From: Eubacteriales bacterium
Lineage (GTDB): Bacteria > Bacillota > Clostridia > Oscillospirales > CAG-272
Assembly: GCA_045543375.1 (NCBI GenBank)
Contig: JAZQMI010000032.1
Span: 1-50,938, forward strand
DNA: 50,938 nucleotides
Direction of reading: 5' to 3'
Shown here one piece after another: positions 23,904 to 32,373 of the stretch. The position numbers and the translations under genes were made by a program. Positions within the stretch are counted from its first letter, which is position 1, and every line of letters starts with the position of its first letter. The notes under the pieces are model-generated. The model had not been told where the DNA came from. It made no database searches and was given only the letters and a program-made list of their open reading frames with translations.

Positions 23904-25568
23904 ATGCCACAAATTCACATTTCGGTGCGCGATAAGATCGCGCGCGCCGCACGGCGCACGCCGTGCATCGTATGCGGCAACGCCGACTACGAGGTCGTAT
24001 TTGACCTCGACAGCGAATGGGCTGTGCACGACCAAAAGATCGCACGCTTCATCTGGGGCGGTGCTTACTACGACGTGCCCTTCATGGGCAACATCTGTCC
24101 CGTGCCGACCGTGATCCACGCAAGTGAGGTCGAAGTGGGCGTGTACGCCGGAGATCTGCGCACGACCACACCTGCCACCATCGCCTGCCGCCGTTCGATC
24201 CGCGGTGAGCAATCCCTGCCCCTTCATGACGAGGCACTCGCAGAATACGAGCACCGCGCCGTCGAAGCGGCTGCCGTAGCGCAAAGTGCCGCGAGCGAGG
24301 CCGCAAAGACGGTCGGAAACTTGCAAGATGCGGTAAACGAGGCTAAAGCAGCCGCCGCGCAGGCAAGTGAAACCGGCGCACAGATCATGGACGCGACCGC
24401 ACAGGCCAATGCTGCCGCAGACAAGGCACAAAAAGCAGTAAGCTCCCTTCAGAACGCAGTCGAAGCCACCGTGCAGGCAAAAACCGAAGCACAGCAGGCC
24501 AAGACATTGGCAAACCAAGCCGCGCGTCTTGCCCAGCAAAGCGCCGAGAGCATCAACACCGACACAGAGAGTGCCCGGGCACACGCCGCACAAATGGTAG
24601 AGCATGCGGCTGCCACACGCACGCGCTACGCCTTTACCGTCGGGCAGCCGGACGAGTTGGAATTCATGACGCCCGAGTCGTGCGGTATTTACAACGACGT
24701 CGAAAAGCTGCGCTACAACGACAAGACGCTGTTCACCATCTACCGTTACCCTTTGACGGACAGCGCGCGCATCACAAGCGCACTCTGGCACGCACATCTG
24801 GCACAGCAGACGTTGCTTCAGGTGTCATCCGACGGCAAAACGTGGATCACGCTGCTCGACAACAGCTATCAGCAGATCGGTACGCAATACCATTACGAGC
24901 TGTGCGACGTGCTGGATCTGAGTGATGCCGACGCCCTTTACGTCAAGATCACCGATTCTGCTCCCAACGACGGATACGGCGGTGCCATTCTTGCGGATAT
25001 TCCCGTCACGCTGGATGTCACGCACGGTGCACTCGCCCCCTTCGCGTTGCCGCCGGTCAACAAGGAGGACGAGGGCTCCTACCTGCGCGTGATCGGCGGC
25101 CGCTGGGGCGTGGCAGACGCGACGGCACTCACCTCACGCGTGCGCACCTACTCGTTTAAGGTAAGCGAGCTCACCGAGAAAAAATATCTGCACGCCGATT
25201 CGACCGGCATTCTCAACGAGAGCTGCCGTTTCAACGATCGGACCGCCTTCACCCTTTACCATTATCACGTTGCCAATGCGGCGCTGGTGCGTCGCATCAC
25301 CTGGACGGCCACCGTAGGCCAACAGCTTCTTATCGAGTGCTCAACGGACAGAGAGAATTGGCGCACGCTGATCAACGTCGGCGCAAGCACTCTTGATTTT
25401 GAGCGCAAAACGTTCGATCTGACCGACAAGGTCGATCTGCTCGCCTTTGACGACGTTTATATCCGCATTTCGGATTCCGATCCGACCGACGGCTTTGGCG
25501 GCGCGCTTCGTGCACACACGGCAGTCAGTTTGCACGTGGAGCGCTGCGAGCCGCCCATTGGTATGTGA
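23904..25568 (+). CDS. phage tail-fibre / receptor-binding-like protein (N-terminal phage-type domain, Ala/Gln coiled coil, two tandem C-terminal beta-domain repeats)
   Basis: Trimmed to the ATG at 23904, 5 nt after AAAGGAGG. The N-terminus MPQIHISVRDKIA..CGNADYEVVFDLDSEW..VYAGDLRTTTPA resembles conserved prophage tail proteins of Clostridia, from memory. No signal peptide. Confidence 0.5.
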   Translation: MPQIHISVRDKIARAARRTPCIVCGNADYEVVFDLDSEWAVHDQKIARFIWGGAYYDVPFMGNICPVPTVIHASEVEVGVYAGDLRTTTPATIACRRSIRGEQSLPLHDEALAEYEHRAVEAAAVAQSAASEAAKTVGNLQDAVNEAKAAAAQASETGAQIMDATAQANAAADKAQKAVSSLQNAVEATVQAKTEAQQAKTLANQAARLAQQSAESINTDTESARAHAAQMVEHAAATRTRYAFTVGQPDELEFMTPESCGIYNDVEKLRYNDKTLFTIYRYPLTDSARITSALWHAHLAQQTLLQVSSDGKTWITLLDNSYQQIGTQYHYELCDVLDLSDADALYVKITDSAPNDGYGGAILADIPVTLDVTHGALAPFALPPVNKEDEGSYLRVIGGRWGVADATALTSRVRTYSFKVSELTEKKYLHADSTGILNESCRFNDRTAFTLYHYHVANAALVRRITWTATVGQQLLIECSTDRENWRTLINVGASTLDFERKTFDLTDKVDLLAFDDVYIRISDSDPTDGFGGALRAHTAVSLHVERCEPPIGM

Positions 25569-25580
25569 GGGGGTGAATGC

Positions 25581-25808
25581 ATGGACTACATCAAACGCAA
25601 ACTGACCTCACGCAAGCTGTGGATGTCCTTGGCGGGCTTTATTTCCTCGCTGATCGTCGCCTTTGACGGTTCGGCCGAGGTGGCGGAAACGGTCACAGGC
25701 TGCATCATGGCGGGCGCGACCGTCATCGCTTACGTGCTGGGCGAGGGGTTGATCGACCGTTCCGTCACGGTACCGGAGCAGACCGAGGAGGAGCAGAGCC
25801 AAATTTAA
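25581..25808 (+). CDS. putative holin (75 aa, 2 TM, acidic C-terminal tail)
   Basis: MDYIKRKLTSRKLWMSLAGFISSLIVAF...ATVIAYVLGEG, then ...EQTEEEQSQI. It starts 12 nt after the tail-fibre-like gene. The size, TM layout and charged tail are typical of holins. Confidence 0.5.
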   Translation: MDYIKRKLTSRKLWMSLAGFISSLIVAFDGSAEVAETVTGCIMAGATVIAYVLGEGLIDRSVTVPEQTEEEQSQI

Positions 25809-25873
25809 TTTTTATATTGAATATCGCAACAAACTGTGATATACTATATAAAAATATCTCTTGGAGGTTATGT

Positions 25874-26497
25874 ATGAGCGTTACTTCACAAGCATTCGAC
25901 CCCGCAGCGCTGTTTCGCATCGGATACGGGCTGTACGTTGTGACCTCAAACGACGGTCAAAAGGACAACGGGCTGATCGTCAATGCCGTCACGCAGGTGA
26001 CCAACACGCCCAACCGCATTGCCGTGACCATCAACAAAAGCTGCTATTCGCACGATACCATCAAGCGTACGGGCAAAATGAACGTCAACTGTCTGTCCGT
26101 TGAGGCACCCTTTGCCGTGTTTGAGGCGTTCGGCTTCCGATCGGGTCGCGACACAAACAAATTCGAAGGCTGCGCGCCGAAGCGATCGGCCAACGGTCTG
26201 GTCGTTTTGCCGCGCTATATCAACGCATACATTTCGCTCGACGTCGAGCAGTACGTTGATCTTGACACGCACGGCATGTTTATCTGCACGGTAAGCGAGG
26301 CAGCCGTGGTATCCGATCTGGAAACCATGACCTACACCTATTATCAGGATCACGTCAAACCTCGCCCCGAGCCTCAAAAGAAAAAGGGCTACGTATGCAA
26401 GATCTGCGGCTACGTTTACGAGGGCGACGAGCTGCCCGAGGATTTCGTTTGTCCTTGGTGCAAGCACGGCGCGGACGATTTTGAACCGCTCAAATAA
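25874..26497 (+). CDS. flavin reductase domain fused to rubredoxin (high-molecular-weight rubredoxin, Hrb-like)
   Basis: Start ATG at 25874 after GGAGG. Flavin-reductase-like N-terminus (GLYVVTSNDGQKDNGLIVNAVTQVT). C-terminal rubredoxin CKICGYVYEG...CPWCKHG. Confidence 0.8.
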   Translation: MSVTSQAFDPAALFRIGYGLYVVTSNDGQKDNGLIVNAVTQVTNTPNRIAVTINKSCYSHDTIKRTGKMNVNCLSVEAPFAVFEAFGFRSGRDTNKFEGCAPKRSANGLVVLPRYINAYISLDVEQYVDLDTHGMFICTVSEAAVVSDLETMTYTYYQDHVKPRPEPQKKKGYVCKICGYVYEGDELPEDFVCPWCKHGADDFEPLK

Positions 26498-26511
26498 CCG
26501 AATATAAAAGG

Positions 26512-26550
26512 CAACGGCTGCGAGAGCTTCGCAGCCGTTGCTGTTTTTTA
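26512..26550. terminator. bidirectional terminator between convergent genes
   Basis: GCAACGGCTGCGA gagct TCGCAGCCGTTGC followed by TGTTTTTT, with an A-run upstream. Confidence 0.85.
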
Positions 26551-26949
26551 TTTTTCGGTAAAAAATTCCACGTCCTCGCCGACGGGGCCAATGCAAAAGC
26601 CCAGACGGACGGGGTACGGGTGCTCGGGCGTGCCCAGCATCATGTCCTTGGGCTCGATGGTGATCCGGTAGCCTGCCGCGCGCACCGCCTCGATGCACGT
26701 GTCCACATCCTCGACGGCAAATGCCAGATGGCGCAGGGCGCCTGCGCCGAGCTCGTCGGGCGCGTTGGCAAACAGCTCGAGCTTGCCTGCACCCGTATCG
26801 ACCATAACGACGGGAGCGTCCTCGGTGCCCCAACGGCGCACGATGGGCATGCCCAGAATATCGTGATAGAAAGCGAGCAGCTTTTCAAATTTTTCAAGTC
26901 CCTTTGCCTTCAGGGCAATGTGATGGACGCCTGTGATCTTCGGTTTCAT
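26548..26949 (-). CDS. VOC / glyoxalase-family protein
   Basis: 133 aa. GVHHIALKA ... LRHLAFAVEDVD ... follows the glyoxalase/bleomycin-resistance/dioxygenase fold pattern. Confidence 0.75.
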   Translation of the reverse strand: MKPKITGVHHIALKAKGLEKFEKLLAFYHDILGMPIVRRWGTEDAPVVMVDTGAGKLELFANAPDELGAGALRHLAFAVEDVDTCIEAVRAAGYRITIEPKDMMLGTPEHPYPVRLGFCIGPVGEDVEFFTEK

Positions 26950-26970
26950 ACTTTTTTATTTCCTTTCATT

Positions 26971-28314
26971 TTATCTATTGGAGAGATCTTGAGCAAACAG
27001 CCACTCGATCACCTCGCGGTCCGATGCGACCGTGTTCCAGATGCCGTGCTCTGCCCCTTCAAGCTCCGTATACTCAAACACCGTGCTGCCCGCCGCCTTG
27101 AGGGCCGCTGCCATCTCGCGCGTACCGCGCACGGGAACAGCCGAGTCGGCCGAGCCGTGGAAGGTCTTAATGGGCACATTGACAAGCCTTTCGGCCATGG
27201 CAGGGTCAGCGCCGCCGCAAATAGGAATACCGGCGGCAAAGAAATCAGGATAGCGCATGAGCAGATCCCACGTGCCAAAACCGCCCATGGAAAGTCCCAT
27301 CACGTAATGGCGATCCTCGTCAAGCGAAAACTCCAGATAAAGCTCGTCTAATATCTCCATGACAGTAGCAAGCTCATCCGAAATTTTAACGCGTTCGGTG
27401 CTATAGCTACCGTTCGCCCAAGGGGTATCGACCCACTGGTTGCCCGCAGGGCACTGCGGACATACGATGATGGCGTCGGTCACGGGTGTGTTTTTCATAT
27501 TGAACAGTTGCGAGAGCATATGCCCCATTTGCGAGGTGTTATTGTCTCCACGCTCGCCGGCACCGTGCAGCACCAGCAGCACAGGATATTCCTTGTCGGG
27601 ATCATAATCAAAGGGCACGTACAGTCGGTAGACGATGCGCTTGCCCGTCGTACCCGTGTACTCGCGCGCCTCAAAATAGTTGAGCAGATTGGTGGCGTTG
27701 TAGCCTTCCACCGGCTTGATGTAATCCAGATACGATTTGTTTTTTAGATACGAGGTGTGATAGATAAAGTCGCGATCCGAGCCGCGCAGGAGAGAACCGT
27801 CCTTTTTCAGGCGGGAAAGCTCGCGCTGCGCTACGACGTCGAACATATAGCGGTACAGTCCGCTGGCCGTGGCGAGCAGCACCCAGTCGTCCTCGACGAC
27901 GCACATACCGAAATCGTTGGAGTTATCAAGGCGCTCGGCAACGGCTGCCGCGCTCGCACGCACGTGACCGACGACGATCTCCTTGCCGTAATCGTCCTCT
28001 GCCTCACTGGCACCGACAGCCTCAAGCGTCACGCCGTGCTTGGTGGTGAGAAGCTCCAGAAAATCCGCGACGCATTTGGTGATCATCGCGTCGCTGTCGT
28101 CGTAGACGAGCGTATACTCACTTTGAAAGTCCTGGAACAACTGCAACGTGATGACTTCGGACTTGTCAGGCTCGTCGGGCACCTGTGGGTCGGTGCTTTG
28201 CTCGGGCGCGGTGCCTTGCTGATCGGGCTCAACGTCTTGGTCGGGCGCAGGAGCAGGCGTACACGAAACGAGCATCAAAATTGCAAGAAGCAATGCTAAC
28301 GTTTTGATTTTCAT
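26971..28314 (-). CDS. secreted lipoprotein with C-terminal alpha/beta-hydrolase esterase domain
   Basis: Lipobox MKIKTLALLLAILMLVSC. Esterase motifs VLLVLHGAGERGD, nucleophile elbow GLSMGG, and HGSADSAVPV. Confidence 0.75.
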   Translation of the reverse strand: MKIKTLALLLAILMLVSCTPAPAPDQDVEPDQQGTAPEQSTDPQVPDEPDKSEVITLQLFQDFQSEYTLVYDDSDAMITKCVADFLELLTTKHGVTLEAVGASEAEDDYGKEIVVGHVRASAAAVAERLDNSNDFGMCVVEDDWVLLATASGLYRYMFDVVAQRELSRLKKDGSLLRGSDRDFIYHTSYLKNKSYLDYIKPVEGYNATNLLNYFEAREYTGTTGKRIVYRLYVPFDYDPDKEYPVLLVLHGAGERGDNNTSQMGHMLSQLFNMKNTPVTDAIIVCPQCPAGNQWVDTPWANGSYSTERVKISDELATVMEILDELYLEFSLDEDRHYVMGLSMGGFGTWDLLMRYPDFFAAGIPICGGADPAMAERLVNVPIKTFHGSADSAVPVRGTREMAAALKAAGSTVFEYTELEGAEHGIWNTVASDREVIEWLFAQDLSNR

Positions 28315-28496
28315 GGCTTTGTCCCTCCGTTTTCTTGTTCATTTTACCATACTCTCCCCTGTATTGTCAAGCCGAAAGTCACGTTTTGTCGAACGGTTTT
28401 TCTCGTCGCGTGACGTAATTCGACACGCTGTGCCAAGCGTTGCACAACGGCGCTGTTATAATGGAATTACCAATCGCCGAAAGGAAGTGAAAAAAC

Positions 28497-30191
28497 ATGA
28501 GTATACCAATTTCCCGCCGTCCAAAGCGCGTGTGCGCGCTGCTGATACTTACGCTGCTGCTCGCGGCTCTTCTGACGCTGACCGTGAGTGCCGACACCTA
28601 CGTCGGGCGTTACGACGGGCGCGTGGCGTGGTCGTTCAATTCGGGTACGGGTGAGCTGCGCGTATATGATGACTGCGGTGCACAAACGCCGCTTTGGTCG
28701 GGCTTTGCCGATCAGATCAGCAGCGTGTATATTGCGCCCGGTGTGACGCAACTGCCTCGCGATGCATTTCGCGGTTGCCGCCATGTGCGCGAGATCATTG
28801 TGCCCGACACGGTCACGAGCATAGGCGCTTTCGCTTTTGCAGACTGCGCTGCGCTGTCCACGTTGGTACTGCCCGGCGGATTGCGCTACGTGGGGGAGTA
28901 TCTGGTCAGCGGATGCCCGCTGCTTTCTTACGTGACCTATCGTGGCAGCTCGGAGCAATGGGATCAGCTATGCGTGCAGGCCTCCACGCTTGATGGCAAC
29001 GAATGGCTGTGTGGCACGACACCCGTTTACACACGCAGGACACATCTTGTCACGGTGCGCTACGTCAGCGCCGAAACGGGGGACGAGCTCTCGCCTGCCG
29101 TTGAAAAAACGGTGACCGAGGGTAGTAGCTGCACCATTCCCTCGCCCGCAGTCGAGCGTCACTCGCCGGGTGAGAGCGCGGTCGTTTTGCGCGACGTCCG
29201 CGCCAATCAATCGGTCACGGTGCTCTATTACCGCACGCATTGCGAGGTCACCGTGCGCTACGTGGACGAGCACGGCATCGCCATTTTGCCGGACGGGCGC
29301 ATGACCGTGGCGCAAGGCTCGTCGCTTTTGCTGCAAGCGCCCGAAATTGAGGGCTACGTGCTGCCCGCCGAGGCCGAGGTGGTACTGACGGGCATCATGC
29401 AAAACGACACCGTTCACACCTTCCGCTACACCAAGCGCATGCTCACGGTACGCGTGCGCTGTGTTGACGAGCAGGGGCAAGAGCTGATCGAGCCGCTCAC
29501 CGTCGACGTTGCTTATCGGGGTGACTATGACATTCCCCTGCCCCTCATTGATGGCTACACCGTGGGTATGTCGCACGTGCGCGGTACGGCTCTTTTACAA
29601 AGCACCGAGCAGACGGTGACCTATTCGCCCGTCTATCATACCGTCACGCTGCATTACGTAGACGGCGAGGGCAGTTCGCTCAGTGACCCCGACGTACTGC
29701 GCGTGCGCCACGGACAAGCTCTGGCGCACACGGTCAAGACCATCGTCGGCTACGAGGCGCAAAGCGGACAGTTGTCAGTCGCGGCGGTCAAAGAGCAGCA
29801 GACGTTCAACGTCGTTTACCGCCCCGCGCACTATCTTCTGACGGTGGAGCACCGGACGACGGACGGCGTGCTGCTGACACAAACGAGTGAAATGGTCGCA
29901 TACAAGCAAAGCTATCGCTGCACACCGCTGCCGCTTGTCGGATACGAGGCGATCGACGGGCAAAGCGAGCAGATGAGCGGCATCATGGGGGCTTCGCCCT
30001 TGACGCTGACCGTTTATTACCGTGTGCTTCCTTCCGGTACGGGTACTGACACAGACACCGTCGTGCCGTGGGACGGGGTATCTCCCATCACGCTGCTCTG
30101 GGTCGCGGTTGGCGTGGGAGGAGCAATCATGATCGTTTTGTGCGCATGGTTGGTGCACGATATCAAAAAGCGGCGGGGAACCGCCAAATAA
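28497..30191 (+). CDS. cell-surface protein: signal peptide, BspA-type leucine-rich repeats, five MucBP-like repeats, C-terminal TM anchor
   Basis: LRR_5-like IIVPDTVTSIGAFAFADCAALSTLVLPGGLRYVG. Five repeats of about 65 aa (VTVRYVDEHG..., nt 29043-30026). C-terminal ITLLWVAVGVGGAIMIVLCAWLV followed by KKRR. Confidence 0.7.
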   Translation: MSIPISRRPKRVCALLILTLLLAALLTLTVSADTYVGRYDGRVAWSFNSGTGELRVYDDCGAQTPLWSGFADQISSVYIAPGVTQLPRDAFRGCRHVREIIVPDTVTSIGAFAFADCAALSTLVLPGGLRYVGEYLVSGCPLLSYVTYRGSSEQWDQLCVQASTLDGNEWLCGTTPVYTRRTHLVTVRYVSAETGDELSPAVEKTVTEGSSCTIPSPAVERHSPGESAVVLRDVRANQSVTVLYYRTHCEVTVRYVDEHGIAILPDGRMTVAQGSSLLLQAPEIEGYVLPAEAEVVLTGIMQNDTVHTFRYTKRMLTVRVRCVDEQGQELIEPLTVDVAYRGDYDIPLPLIDGYTVGMSHVRGTALLQSTEQTVTYSPVYHTVTLHYVDGEGSSLSDPDVLRVRHGQALAHTVKTIVGYEAQSGQLSVAAVKEQQTFNVVYRPAHYLLTVEHRTTDGVLLTQTSEMVAYKQSYRCTPLPLVGYEAIDGQSEQMSGIMGASPLTLTVYYRVLPSGTGTDTDTVVPWDGVSPITLLWVAVGVGGAIMIVLCAWLVHDIKKRRGTAK

Positions 30192-30199
30192 ACAAAAGG

Positions 30200-30226
30200 G
30201 CCTTGCGATATCCGCAAGGCTTTTTT
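30200..30226 (+). terminator. rho-independent terminator
   Basis: GCCTTGCG atatc CGCAAGGC followed by TTTTTT. Confidence 0.8.
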
Positions 30227-30339
30227 CGTCGATTTTGCCATATACACTTGTCAAAAGTGACGAAAATGCGCGCGAGGGCTGTTCAATCGGCGCATTTTGC
30301 TGTATAATAAAGGTAGTAATGTGCAAAAGGAGCACCGAT

Positions 30340-31467
30340 ATGGTTTTAATGAACGACAAAAAGCTTGGTTTTGGTCTGATGCGCCTGCCGCTCAGAGATC
30401 CCGAGGACAAAAAGAGTGTAGACGTCGAGCTGTGCTGCCGCATGGTCGATGAATTTATGGCGCGCGGTTTTACTTATTTTGACACCGCTTGGATGTACTG
30501 CCAATTCGAGAGCGAAAACGCCATTCGCAAGGCTCTCATTGAGCGTTACCCCCGCGAGAGCTACACGCTGGCCGACAAGCTGCACTCGGCATATCTGACA
30601 TGCGCCGAGGATCGCGACCGCATCTTCAACGAGCAAAAGGCCAAGACGGGCGTGGATTATTTTGATTATTACCTTATTCACGACATTGAGGTGCCTCACT
30701 ACGAGGTCTATCAGAAATATGACTGCTTCAACTGGCTGCGCGACAAAAAGGCCAAGGGTGAAGTAAAACAGATGGGCTTTTCCTTCCATGACAGCGCCGA
30801 ATTTTTGGACAAGGTGCTGACCGAGCAGCCCGATATGGATTTCGTTCAGCTCCAGATCAACTATCTTGACTGGGAGAGCGAGAGTATACAGTCGCGCAAG
30901 TGCTACGAGGTCGCGCGCCGTCACGGCGTGGACATCATCGTCATGGAGCCTGTCAAGGGTGGCAAGCTGGCCAATGTTCCGCCCGCTGTGCAGGGGCTGT
31001 TCCGCTCTTACAACAAGGAGGCATCCATTCCTTCGTGGGCCGTTCGCTTTGCGGCAGGTCTTGAGGGTGTCAAAATGGTGCTCTCGGGCATGAGCAACAT
31101 GGAGCAGTTGCTTGACAACACAAGCTACATGGCCGATTTCAAGCCGCTCTCGGACGAGGAGCTGGCACTTGTTCATCAGGCAGCCGCACTGATCAATGCC
31201 GACGCGCAGGGTGCCATCGCCTGCACGGGCTGTGCTTACTGTGTGGACGGTTGTCCGCAGGGCATTGCCATTCCGCAGTATTTCTCTCTGTACAACGGTG
31301 AGCGTCACATCAACGCTCAACCGCACAAGAGCGACAAGTTTGAGGAGTTGACCGCCAAATTCGGCAAGCCCGACGACTGCATCGAGTGCGGCGCGTGTGA
31401 GGGCCATTGCCCGCAGCACCTGCCCATCATCGAGCATTTGAAGACGGTAGGCAAGTATTTCGGATAA
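30340..31467 (+). CDS. aldo/keto reductase fused to a C-terminal 2x[4Fe-4S] ferredoxin domain
   Basis: Start ATG at 30340 after AAAGGAG. AKR N-terminus LGFGLMRLP...GFTYFDTAWMY. C-terminal CTGCAYCVDGCP and CIECGACEGHCP. Confidence 0.8.
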   Translation: MVLMNDKKLGFGLMRLPLRDPEDKKSVDVELCCRMVDEFMARGFTYFDTAWMYCQFESENAIRKALIERYPRESYTLADKLHSAYLTCAEDRDRIFNEQKAKTGVDYFDYYLIHDIEVPHYEVYQKYDCFNWLRDKKAKGEVKQMGFSFHDSAEFLDKVLTEQPDMDFVQLQINYLDWESESIQSRKCYEVARRHGVDIIVMEPVKGGKLANVPPAVQGLFRSYNKEASIPSWAVRFAAGLEGVKMVLSGMSNMEQLLDNTSYMADFKPLSDEELALVHQAAALINADAQGAIACTGCAYCVDGCPQGIAIPQYFSLYNGERHINAQPHKSDKFEELTAKFGKPDDCIECGACEGHCPQHLPIIEHLKTVGKYFG

Positions 31468-31471
31468 AACA

Positions 31472-31501
31472 GAGGGGACTTTTTCAAAGTCCCCTTTTTT
31501 T
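31472..31501 (+). terminator. rho-independent terminator
   Basis: GGGGACTTT ttc AAAGTCCCC followed by TTTTTTT. It has the same core as the hairpin at 4953-4982. Confidence 0.85.
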
Positions 31502-31594
31502 GGGCGGCTGTTAAAATAAATTTTTCTCTTTTGGGGAACATTTTGGAAACATTTGCGTCTATATGAGTGAAACCACTTGATAAGGAGGTCAATC

Positions 31595-32317
31595 ATGAAA
31601 AAATTTTATTTGATGTTGCTTGCGCTCATTCTTGCACTTACCTGTTGTACCCTGCTCGTTGCCTGCACGGACGACGACTGTAACGGCGACGGCTGCGACG
31701 GCAGCACCGACGAGCCCGAGGGCGAAAAGGTAGGGCTTGACGATCTGTTTGACTGGAACCTCGTGCCCGCGCCCGAAAAGCCGGTCATTTATCTGTATCC
31801 CGAAGTGCAGACCGACGTAACTCTCACGCTCGATCTTGACGGCGCGCTGACCTCAACTTATCCGACCTACGGGGACGGTTGGCACGTCACGGCAAATCCC
31901 GACGGTACGCTGACCGATGCGGACGGTCGCGAATATTATTGCCTGTTTTGGGAGGGCGTGCAAAACGCCGAATACGATCTCTCGCGCGGCTTCTCGGTCG
32001 CGGGCAAGGATACGCAAGCCTTTCTGGAGGACGCCCTTGCACGGCTTGGTCTGACCGACCGTGAGGCCAACGAATTCATCATCTACTGGCTGCCTCGCAT
32101 GGAAAACAACGCCTATAATCTCATCACCTTCCAGACCGACCGCTACACCGACGGCGCGGTGTTGAACGTCACACCCGCACCCGACACGGTGATCCGTGTG
32201 TTCATGGCGTGGGCTGCACTCGATGCGTCCATCGAGATCGAGCCGCAGGATCTGACCGCACCCGAGCGCAACGGCTTTACCGTCGTGGAATGGGGCGGCG
32301 CGGAACTGACAAAATAA
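31595..32317 (+). CDS. hypothetical lipoprotein
   Basis: Start ATG at 31595, 6 nt after AAGGAGG. Lipobox LLALILALTCCTLLVAC followed by an Asp/Cys/Gly-rich linker. I do not recognise a family. Confidence 0.55.
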   Translation: MKKFYLMLLALILALTCCTLLVACTDDDCNGDGCDGSTDEPEGEKVGLDDLFDWNLVPAPEKPVIYLYPEVQTDVTLTLDLDGALTSTYPTYGDGWHVTANPDGTLTDADGREYYCLFWEGVQNAEYDLSRGFSVAGKDTQAFLEDALARLGLTDREANEFIIYWLPRMENNAYNLITFQTDRYTDGAVLNVTPAPDTVIRVFMAWAALDASIEIEPQDLTAPERNGFTVVEWGGAELTK

Positions 32318-32325
32318 AAAGCTTG

Positions 32326-32370
32326 GGGAAAACCTTTTTTGAACCGCTTGCGGTTCGGTTTTCCCGTTTT
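32326..32370. terminator. nested bidirectional terminator
   Basis: Outer stem GGGAAAACC/GGTTTTCCC encloses inner stem GAACCG cttg CGGTTC. Flanked by T-runs. Confidence 0.75.
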
Positions 32371-32373
32371 CTT

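Noticed and set aside
23067-25808. Intact prophage or integrative element
   Set aside because: I recognised no integrase, terminase, capsid, portal, tape-measure or endolysin gene on either side, and no obvious att-like direct repeats. Only three phage-type genes are present, so I report it as a cassette or remnant rather than a mobile element.
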